In this document: one piece after another, positions 39,700-48,695 of the stretch | How the letters are laid out: each line of letters starts with the position of its first letter | How positions within the stretch are numbered: the first letter of the stretch is position 1 | Origin: Zootoca vivipara | Lineage: Eukaryota | NCBI RefSeq assembly: GCF_963506605.1 | Contig: NC_083280.1 | Location: 69,192,001-69,256,000, forward strand | DNA length: 64,000 nt | Direction: 5' to 3' | Notes under the pieces: generated by a model | What the model saw: only the letters and a program-made list of their open reading frames with translations | The model's database searches: none | What the model was told of the DNA's origin: nothing | Position numbers and translations under genes: made by a program

Positions 39700-40784
39700 A
39701 AGTAAACAAATCTCCACTCAGCAAGAAGGGACAAATTGAAACCCACACCCTTCTTAGGTTTTGGAAAACAACTATTTTTGCCATATTAGACAGGCTGAGC
39801 CAATATTATCTGTTGCATCATGGGAACGAAATAAATGCAAGGAGTTGGGAGCTTTATATACTTTTTAATTTATTTGCTAGTGTAACATTTCCCACTTTGT
39901 AAATGTAATCTTTTATATGGATTAATTTGAATTTACTTGGTTATCAGTTATAGACCACCCCTTCACAGCTTATTGATTTACATCACTCAAAATATAAAAC
40001 CAATACAATAATAAAACACAAGGCAGAAGCCAGTAAGAAATGGATGATATGCAGTACTCCGCATACCTCCCTGCCTCTTTCCATGATGACCAGAAATGGG
40101 ATACATTATTCAAAATAAGCAAAAGGATGCAGAGTTGCATAACTGCGGCAGGGCACAGAATCTAACTTCTACCCTGCCCCAATAGAATCTGGGCCAATAT
40201 TGGCAAATAATATGATTTTTGAAATATTTATTATCCTATTTGCCTAGAATACACACAGCTTGAGCACATGCCTTCGAAGCTCCTCACAGGCCTGAGTCCA
40301 TATGCAAACACTTAAGCAGTCGGACGCCATCTGCCGAGTTCTGCAATGTGTAGGGCTGGAGGGGGTCATGATGTTTCCACTGTTGTAAACTCAGCGATGA
40401 ATGTGCGTAGAACATTTGGCAGACCCTCCCTTATGTTGTCTGCCACTTCTTTTCGCTTCTTTCCCCCTTTCACCACAGACACACTTAATAAGGCTTGACC
40501 CTGACCATCAGAACTGGGCCTTAATTTTAGATAAAAGGCAGGCTTTTAAAAGTAAATGGTTGTAGGTGTGCAACAAACATAGTTTCCAGGCAACTAACAG
40601 AACAATCCTATAGCCCTTGGAGAGGAGACAGAGTCCGTGGTAGAGGAAGAACTACTTCCAAAGCCCCGTTGGAAATTAAAAACAAGATCAATCCCATTTG
40701 TTTCTGTTGGGGTGGAAATTATCTACAACGGCTTGGTGGTATAGTTTTCATTTTTGTCACGGGTGTTTGTGCTGGGAATGGGAG

Positions 40785-41060
40785 GGCTTTGTGACCAGGA
40801 AAATAAGAAGCAGAGACGACAATGAATTTAAGGAAGAATGGAAGATGTTTATTGCATATATACAGAAGCATTGTACATAGGTTAATACATTAGCAGGGTT
40901 TTAAAGGTACTTGTAATTTTACAATGAATAGATAATAGTGATTCAAATATGTTATAAATTTAATAATGGAACCAGGGAAGGGACTAGAGGGAAGTTAATT
41001 TGTTTTGTTTTTTGTGTTGTTTGGTTGTTTTTGAAAACCAGTAAAATATTATTATTATTT
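40785..41060 (+). mobile_element. L1-like 3' fragment
   Basis: FKEEWKMFIAY resembles the EEDWKDFKVY terminus of the 22-kb L1; AT-rich 3'UTR. Confidence 0.55.
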
Positions 41061-41117
41061 TTAAAAGGGAATTGGAGGGCTTGAACCTGTGCATTCAAAA
41101 GCCTCCTCTGATAGGAT

Positions 41118-41251
41118 NNNNNNNNNNNNNNNNNNNNNNNNNNNNNNNNNNNNNNNNNNNNNNNNNNNNNNNNNNNNNNNNNNNNNNNNNNNNNNNNNNN
41201 NNNNNNNNNNNNNNNNNNNNNNNNNNNNNNNNNNNNNNNNNNNNNNNNNNN
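41118..41251. other. Assembly gap (134 N)
   Basis: Run of n characters, directly abutting an L2 3' end. Confidence 0.99.
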
Positions 41252-41466
41252 CGCCCATCTGGCTGGGATTCCCCAGCCACTCTGGGCTGCTTCCAACAGA
41301 ATAATAATAATAATGCGATAAAACATCAAACATTAAACACTTCCCTAAACAGGGCTGCCTTCAGATGTCTTCTAAAAGTCAGATAGTTGTTTATTTCCTT
41401 GACATCTGATGGGAGGGTGTTCCACAGGGTGGGCGCCACTACTGAGAAGGCCCTCTGCCTGGTTCC
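41252..41466 (-). mobile_element. L2 3' fragment
   Basis: High similarity to 3576-3786. Confidence 0.9.
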
Positions 41467-42399
41467 TTCCATCAAGAGATTTCAAAGGAGGTTTTGAGCA
41501 GTCTCCCATTCACTCAAAGGTCCAGAGACACACCTGCTTAGCTTCAGCAAGGTTGTTATATATAGTTTGTTGTCAGAACACACCATGGGAATTTAGTGTC
41601 TGAAACTGTTTGGGAGCCATCTTAATTGCCACAGCATTTGTTCTTTTCCGTCAGATGCAAGGTAATAATTTGGACCATCTTTGTGGATTGTAAAGGGAAT
41701 AAAATCAAGTACTGGAAAACTGCATGGTAGAACTATCATTCTGTCCAGTGATCACTAACAAAAAAAAATGAGAGAACTCAAAATTACTTGAATTCCTACA
41801 AGGGGTTAGATACTTACTTGTGTGTCAAAATTGCTTTTATTTTATTGGGCACATTAATCTTACACTTGAGGAAAGTATCCAAGCTGGAAGAAATCAGATA
41901 TTAGTTCTGTAGCAGGAGATCAAGGGAACAATACTGTGTATGCCAAATTATCATACTTTAATGCTCATTGTTTTTTTTTTTTTTTGGCTTTCCTTCCTCT
42001 GGGTGGGTGTGCTGGATCAAAATTGATTTTTTAAAAAAGTAGAAAGCTTCACTTATATAAACATTTTCATTTAAAAATAATGTTGGTTAGATATGAAGTC
42101 TGAATTTAATGCAAACTTCTTATCTCCTAAAACTGAATTTAGGATTGTCTTCTAAACTTTCAGAAGGCTGCTTCTTATTGTAAAGAGAACTGTGGGGAGA
42201 ATATCTTAATAGCCCATGAAAGAATCAAAGAATTGTAGAATTGGAAGGGACCCCGAGGGTCTTCTAGTCCAACCCCCTGCAATGTAGGAATCTAAACTAG
42301 AACAGCCATGACAGATGGCCATCCAACCTCTGCTTAAAAACCTCCACCACCTTCTGAGGAAGTCCATTCCACTGTCAAAGAAGCTGTTGCTGTCAAGAA

Positions 42400-42615
42400 A
42401 CAGGTAGGTAGCCGTGTTGGTCTGAGTCGAGGCAAAATAAAAAATTTCCTTCAGTAGCACCTTAAAGACCAACTAAGTTTATATTTTGGTATGAGCTTTC
42501 GTGTGCATACTGAAGAAGTGGTATCTGAAGAAGTGTGTATGCACATGAAAGCTCATACCAAAATATAAACTTAGTTGGTCTTTAAGGTGCTACTGAAGGA
42601 AATTTTTTATTTTGC
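42400..42615. mobile_element. Penelope-like element remnant (inverted pseudo-LTRs)
   Basis: gtagccgtgttggtctg and gtagcaccttaaagaccaac motifs; 79-bp inverted arms 42432-42510 and 42537-42615 (1 mismatch); 13-bp direct repeat ttgctgtcaagaa at 42387-42399 and 42612-42624. Confidence 0.8.
42519..42560 (+). ncRNA. Minimal type-I hammerhead ribozyme motif
   Basis: UGGUAU-CUGAAGA-A-GUGUG(UAUG)CACAU-GAAA-GC-UC-AUACCA: stem I 6 bp, intact core, stem II 5 bp, palindromic AGCU helix III. Confidence 0.72.
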
Positions 42616-42732
42616 TGTCAAGAAGTTATTCCCAATGTTTAGTTGGACTCTCCTTTCTTGAATATGTGTGCCATGTATCTAAAAGTGTTTACATGCCTGT
42701 CTAAGAAACCGGAAAGTGCTGGTACTACATGT

Positions 42733-42920
42733 GGGAAAGGTTGCAGCTTATTGGTGGGAGCACATGTTTTGCAAAGAGTTCCAGGTTCAGTCCCTGGCCA
42801 TCTTCAGCAAGGGTGGGAAAATTCGCCACTCTGAAATTCTGCAGAGCCACTGCCAGTCAGTGCATTGAGCTAAACAGAGTCAGACCAATGGTCTGACCTG
42901 ATTTAAGATAGTTTGCTATC
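42733..42920 (+). mobile_element. tRNA-derived squamate SINE (Squam3-like; related ~18090-18210 -, ~31460-31590 +)
   Basis: tRNA-like head with ccaggttcagtccctgg B box and an agagccactgccagtcagtg body. Confidence 0.65.
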
Positions 42921-44156
42921 TTAGAGACAAATTTACTATGGGTTTTCATATGCAATAGCTCATCTTATAAAATGTGTAACATAATGAAACTGGTGCTTTC
43001 TGAAGGTGGTATATCATCACAGACACATCACAGCCCCCAATTATCATGGAACTGCAGTTTAATTTTCAGCTAAGCTTCTTATTCTGGATGATCATCTCAT
43101 GAATTATAAAGAATGGAGACCAAGCCCATAGCTAGAGATTTAGAGCGCTTAATGTGGCGGAAAATTAGTGCCAGAAAAACATACACAGAAAGAGCTACTA
43201 TGTTTATGAAATTGTCAAATGTTAAAACAACTAGTTATATTTCCTGAGCAAGCAAGCATGCATTCTATGAATTTCAAATTGGGAAGCTAGATATAATTTT
43301 TCATTAAGATTGGACATAAACTCAAGGCCCAGTGCTTGTCAGTCATCCCAGTGACTTTGCACTCATTGGTGAGAGCACTAGATGGTGAGATATGTTTGGG
43401 TAGAAGCTTGCAAGCACTTTTTCTCATACAGCCGCATATACGGTAACAGTGCTAGAAACACTTAATATTTTTTTTGCAGACTTCATTATACAAAGTGAAA
43501 GGCCAGCTTTTTAAAAAATGACAGCTCTGAGGTCTCTCTTCTGTAACCCCTTCCCAATGGAGTAGAGAAGCGTCCCAGGAAGCTGAATGGTATTTGATAA
43601 CAATGGTAAACACTGAAATTGTGCAACTCTGGTTGTTTGCTGTTTAAAAGGATCATGGAAGCTGGAATTTTGACAAAATGAAACATCCAGCATGAAAGTA
43701 TCTCTTCGTTGTTGCCATCAAATCTGACACTATAGCATCCGCAATGCAGGGATAACTGAGCAATGCACACCACACACAAAGAGTGTACTGTATTACGCAG
43801 TTTGCAGCACAATCTTAAGCGTGTTTCCTTAGAAGTCCCCTTGTATTGGCCATAGAATCGCGACCTCAATGCTCACAAAGCATTTCTCAGCGGGATCCTT
43901 TTTCTCCGCCCCGGCACGAACCATCGGACTTATCAAGAGCAGATTGCCAGATACTCTGGCTGGTTTTCTGCGCAACCGCCACAGGTTTCCTATTCGCTGA
44001 TTGCCTGGCTATTCTGGTCAATACGGCACCAAATACCGCGGCTACCCCAAAGAGTTCGGGCGCAATTAGGGAGATTCCAGCAGGGGACGCTACGCAATCG
44101 CTGCGTGACGACATCACCGCGCGCCGGCGCTTTCCTCCGCCGCTGCCGCCGCCACC

Positions 44157-44289
44157 ATGGAATCCAACAGGGACGAGGCGGAGCGTTGTATCGCTATCGC
44201 GGTGGGCGCCATCAAGGCCGGCCAGGTCGAGAAGGCGCGTCGCTTCTTGGAGAAGGCGCAGCGCCTCTACCCGTCTCAGCGGGTCCGCG
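44157..44289 (+). CDS. DNAJB12: DNAJB12 coding exon 1 ([44 protein letters not shown])
   Basis: Kozak ATG, recognisable DNAJB12/14 N-terminus, G|gtgagc donor, 133 bp. Position next to MICU1 favours B12 over B14. Confidence 0.95.
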
Positions 44290-44372
44290 GTGAGCGGGGA
44301 CGGAGGGGGGCGGAAAGGGCTGGGAAGGCCAGCGGGGCCTGTGGAGGCTGGGGAATGACCTCTCACCCGTAT

Positions 44373-44384
44373 TGCGCGTGCGCA
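44373..44384. promoter_or_regulatory. NRF1-type site (tgcgcgtgcgca)
   Basis: Reverse complement matches YGCGCAYGCGCR, inside the CpG island. Confidence 0.55.
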
Positions 44385-44589
44385 GTGAGCTGCGACGCCG
44401 CGGGGCACCGTGGGAGTTGGAGTCCCTGGCGGTTCTGTTCCGCGAGCGGGATACGGGCCGCGAAGCGAGTCTTCGAGGGAAACTTTCCGGCGGGCGCGGG
44501 GGGTAAGGGGGGACCTGGCTGGGAGAGTCGCCTGTGAGTCTTGAGCAGGAGGAGTCAGCCGCTGGTCCTTGCGAAGCAGGGCTGGGGAG

Positions 44590-44608
44590 ACTACAATTCC
44601 CAGAAGCC
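44590..44608 (+). promoter_or_regulatory. ZNF143/THAP11-type motif ACTACAATTCCCAGAAGCC
   Basis: Matches the vertebrate promoter motif ACTACAnnTCCCA, at the CpG-island edge in intron 1, without flanking MITE sequence. Confidence 0.6.
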
Positions 44609-45754
44609 ACCGCGCCGTGTGTGGAGGGGGGGGGCAACACCACATCTATAGAGGGAGCGGAATAGCCCCCTTGTATTCCCCCCTGCGCCCCCTTTCTCTA
44701 CTGCTTCCTCGTGTTAGATCTGATACGCTTAGGCTCCCCCCGCACCCAAATCAGTGGCTCTCTATATCTTTCCTCTAGGCCTTAGTTTGGGGTTTCCACC
44801 CCAAACCCCTTCATCATGGTCCCCCAGCACTTCCCCGAAGCCCCTCGTTCGCTCTTGTATCCGTAACAGCTGATTTCCTTCAGCCCCACAATTTAGCATC
44901 TTCCCCCGCCACTTCCTTTTTATAAACGACGCCAAATCCATACGGTAAGCATAAATCTGCCGCCGTTGGCCCCCAGCAGATCGCTGGAGATCGCGTGTGT
45001 CTCAAGTATACTAGGGTGTTATTGGTGGCGGCTGCCTTCATGCCCTGATCGTGGGCTTCCGCGAGAGTCGTTTTGCTGGTCACTGGGGTGGAAACAGGAC
45101 GTTGGGCTACTGCTGTACGGATTCCTTGGGCTGATCCTGAAAGAGAGGTTCTTTATCCTCTCTGAAATGGTTACACACATCCTCGCCCACTGCTTGCCCC
45201 AATCTCCTGGTCTCCAGTTGACCCTTAAGCCTTTAAGCAACTTGTCCAGCTTTAAGCTAAGATGGCAGCCCAGAATCTTTGCTTTTTGTGGTTCTTTTTT
45301 CTCAGCTTCCTCCCCCCCCCCGGTTGGAGTGGTCATTTCATCTGTGCTTGCTTTGCACTTTGCACCCATCTCTCGGAGCATTACAAATTTTCAGCCCCTT
45401 AACTTTTAACTTACAGCATTGCTCTATATTCTTACCATAGTTACAGCACAGAAGCCCCTCTACACTTTCCAGAAATATGGAGTTCCTCTATCTTTCACTC
45501 AGCTTTCCGCCCCCCTTCCCACTGTCTAATTTCCCATTCCTACAATACACGTTTTTGTGGGGAGCAAACAGATGCAGTCTAGTAATATGGAATTAGAGTT
45601 GCTGCCTTTTCTGTCTTTGAAAGTTGAGTAAACAAGTGCACTTTCTAGTTGCTTCATCTCTAGGGAAAGATACACGCATTGAATTTCTGTTTGTCATACA
45701 GTACAACTGTTAAAAAGAAAATGTTGCAACCCTACAAGAACTCATGATATAGAT

Positions 45755-45890
45755 CAGGCATCCCCAAACTGTGGCCCTCCAGATGTTTTGGCCTACAACT
45801 CCCATGATCCTTAGCTAACAGGACCAGTGGTCAGGGATGATGGGAATTGTAGTCCAAAACATCTGGAGGGCCGAAGTTTGGGGATGCCTG
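45755..45890. mobile_element. 136-bp hAT-type MITE
   Basis: TIR caggcatccccaaact; perfect TSD atatagat. Confidence 0.92.
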
Positions 45891-46808
45891 ATATAGATGC
45901 TTGCTGCGAAATGGTACAAACTCAAGAAGTGTTGCATGTGTGTTCTTAAGCATGCTCTGTTGCTGTCAATTTTGTGATGTGGGGCAGATAAAATTTCACA
46001 TAGTGTTTTCTAACATCTAGTTATTTCACCTTAGCCCTCAGACGTGGAACAGGAATAATTTACAACTTTGAGAGACAGGAAAGCCATTTTTTAAAAGCCT
46101 TACCAAGAAAGACGGAAATAAAATAGTTACAGAATAAGGATGTATTGAATAATGTATTCATATGTGAAATTATTATATATATATTTTGGCCTTAAAATAG
46201 TGTTGTGGGGGTTGGCCCTCAATCTTGCTTTAAGAAAACTAGAGTAGCCGATTCATGGAAAGTGATCCCAGCCAATTAGGAATCAGATAGTCAGCCTATC
46301 TCATAGCCAATCAGATTTGGTTATACAGTGATGTCATGGTGTTCTTCCTGTTTTCACTTTGAATGAGGAAATGCTTTATCCTGTGTTGCAAGCAGCTCCC
46401 CTCAAATAATAAGCAAAAGAGGAGGTTTGTTTTTGCAGATGGCCCTTTCTGTATTTCAGCTTAACTTTATAAAAGAGTTCCTGGGTGGTGATAGTGTTCA
46501 CAGAATTTGGTGTGTGTGATTGGGAAGAACTGCTCAGCTTCAGTTTTCGGTGTGTACAAATTTAGGATTGATGTGGTAATCCACATGCAGATGCAATGCT
46601 TATTCCTATGAAGAAGTGCTTTCTTTGTAAGAATTTTGTGGGATTCAGGGAAAATATAACAAACGGCAATATCCTACTGAAATGACTTCATTTTTACCTG
46701 AACTTTCTTCAAAGTCATAAGCAGTTGAATCCCATAGTTCTGCTTGTGACCCTGTCCCCTTCCTGTTTTGTTTCTGTCGTAGTTCCCTGGGTTGGAACAT
46801 TTTAAAAG

Positions 46809-46944
46809 CAGGTATCCCCAAACTTCGGCCCTCCAGATGTTTTGGACTACAATTCCCATCTTCCCCAATCACTGGTCCTGTTAGCTAGGGATCATGGGAG
46901 TTGTAGGCCAAAACATCTGGAGGGCCGCAGTTTGGGGGTGCCTG
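46809..46944. mobile_element. 136-bp hAT-type MITE
   Basis: Same family; flanked by a ttttaaaag direct repeat. Confidence 0.9.
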
Positions 46945-47688
46945 TTTTAAAAGTTTATTTTTAACCTATTTTTCCTTAATTAAAAATGGCTCGTTAGGGC
47001 TGGACGAGAACCAAACAAAAGGAAGGGTTTTTGATAAGGTGTCACTTATGTCTTCTGTAGTTTAAATGTATAATTAAGAAGAACTTACTAGATCACTTCA
47101 GTGGCCCATCTAGTCCAGTATCCTCTTCTCACAGTGGCCAACCAGTGCCTATGGGCACTGTAGATCAATCTGCGCAATTGCTTGCAATAACGTAGGCTTG
47201 CTGCAATAAGTGCTCATTTCCCCACTGCCGCCGCCGCCCAATTGTGAATCACCTCTTTAGGTTCATAATCCTTTACAATGTATTATTCATCCTCAGAGCT
47301 ACCCTGTGAAATGGGTCTTTTTAAAATCCCATTTGCTGATAGGGAACTCAAGGAAGGAGGCAGGGGCTTCCCTACAGCCATTAGGTCATCTGGTGTTTAA
47401 ACTGGGGAGAAGGGGCTGTCCAGAGTGCCAGTGACTCCTTTGGCTCGCCTATAAATGTTGACCAAACAAATTATTGTATCCACTCTCCAAATTTTGTTTT
47501 GTTTTGTTGTTTTGTTTTGCAAGATACAGAAGCTTACATTAGATTCAATACAAAACTTATTTGCACTTATCTATAAATACTTCCTTTATTTATGGCATTT
47601 ATAACCCACCTTTTCTTCCAAGGAGCTCATGGTGCATGCATGACTCTCCCCCTCCTCAGTTTGTCCCCACAACAACTTTGTGGGGTAG

Positions 47689-47771
47689 AAACAAAATAGC
47701 ACCTTAGAGACCAACTAAGTTTGTCATTGGTATGAGCTTTCATGTGCATGCACACTTCTTCAGATACACAC
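47689..47771 (-). mobile_element. Penelope-type pseudo-LTR fragment
   Basis: Homologous to the 42.4-kb arms; perfect 10-bp TSD tgtggggtag (47679-47688 and 47772-47781). Confidence 0.8.
47730..47767 (-). ncRNA. Minimal type-I hammerhead ribozyme motif (antisense to DNAJB12 intron 1)
   Basis: Reverse complement GUAU-CUGAAGA-A-GUGUG(CAUG)CACAU-GAAA-GC-UC-AUAC. Confidence 0.68.
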
Positions 47772-47934
47772 TGTGGGGTAGGTTAGGCTGAGAGGCTGTG
47801 ACTGGCTCAAGGGCACCCAGTGAGCTTCATGACCCCAAGTGGGGATTCGAACCTTGGTCTCCCAGGTCCTAGTCCAACATTCCAACCACTATGATATAGA
47901 GAGATGATTTTTCCCTGCCCAAGGGTAAAGCATA

Positions 47935-48030
47935 CAGCAGTACTAATCTGAAGGGACTGCGGGTTTCGAACGCTGCGGGTTGCAAATGTGCCTCCCGCAC
48001 GGATCACGCTCGCAACCCGAGGTTCCACTG
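47935..48030. mobile_element. Deleted Tc1/mariner-type MITE
   Basis: ta|cagcagtac ... cgaggttccactg|ta termini. Confidence 0.55.
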
Positions 48031-48520
48031 TATGCAGAAGGATCTTGTTGACATGTGGATCTTGTTAACAGTATCAATTCAGGGTGGTTGTTCTGGTTAT
48101 TATTGACCATTGTCTAGTTTGATGCTTTCTTTTAAATATTATAATCGCTTTATATATTTCATTTTAATCATCAGGTTGTTTTTTTTCTAATTTTCCTCTT
48201 GTCTTGTGCCCTCTGATTGAACATGAACCCATAGATACATTCAAAGCTTAAGGGGTTATTGATTTGTTGGCATGAGTAGATTAGACAACAAATGATTTAC
48301 ATCAAATGGTGTTCTTTCTGTCAGGATGTAAAAGAGTGAACATTTCGCCGGCTAGATTTATTTAAAAAAAAATATTGGATGAAAGTACTGAAGCTTTTTG
48401 GAAGAGGACCAGCAAAGGAGGGGAAGAATATGGGAACATTTGGTAGTAACTATGAAAAAAAATGAAAATATTGAAAGAGCGGAACAAATTTGACCCGTTG
48501 CTGTGTTTTCTTCCTTGTAG

Positions 48521-48695
48521 TGCTGCTCGATTCTCTCATCAGGAGTGAAAAATCATCAAATGGCCATTCGCAAACCAAGGAATCCACAAACCCCCACCTT
48601 AGAAAAATGAGTGGGGACATCCCTGCAGCCAATGGAGAGGCAGGTGGGGATATCAGTAAAGGTTACACTCAAGATCAGGTAGATGCAGTTAAGAG
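48521..48695 (+). CDS. DNAJB12: DNAJB12 exon 2 (VLLDSLIRSEK...ANGEAGGDISKGYTQDQVDAVKR)
   Basis: ttccttgtag acceptor and AG|gtaagt donor; frame is continuous with exons 1 and 3. Confidence 0.95.

Larger units (their letters stand above)
42215..42660 (-). mobile_element. CR1 LINE 3' fragment, interrupted by the Penelope-type insertion
   Basis: agaattgtagaattggaagggacc...tctagtccaaccccctgc is a typical CR1 3' end; the sequence resumes after 42624. Confidence 0.7.
43850..44640. promoter_or_regulatory. CpG island / DNAJB12 promoter and first exon
   Basis: Sharp rise in GC and CpG density against a CpG-depleted background. It spans the start codon, which sits in a perfect Kozak context (gccgccaccATGG). 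Confidence 0.9.
47585..47896 (-). mobile_element. MIR/CORE-like SINE interrupted by a Penelope fragment
   Basis: ggattcgaacc B box; the SINE body is continuous once 47689-47781 is removed. Confidence 0.75.

Noticed and set aside
40952-41386. ORFs containing X runs
   Set aside because: Artefacts of the 134-N assembly gap.
43846-44645. Long ORFs (252 aa minus, 170 aa plus, 143 aa minus) over the DNAJB12 start
   Set aside because: A GC-rich CpG island lacks stop codons. The products are low-complexity Arg/Pro/Ala strings with no recognisable domain.
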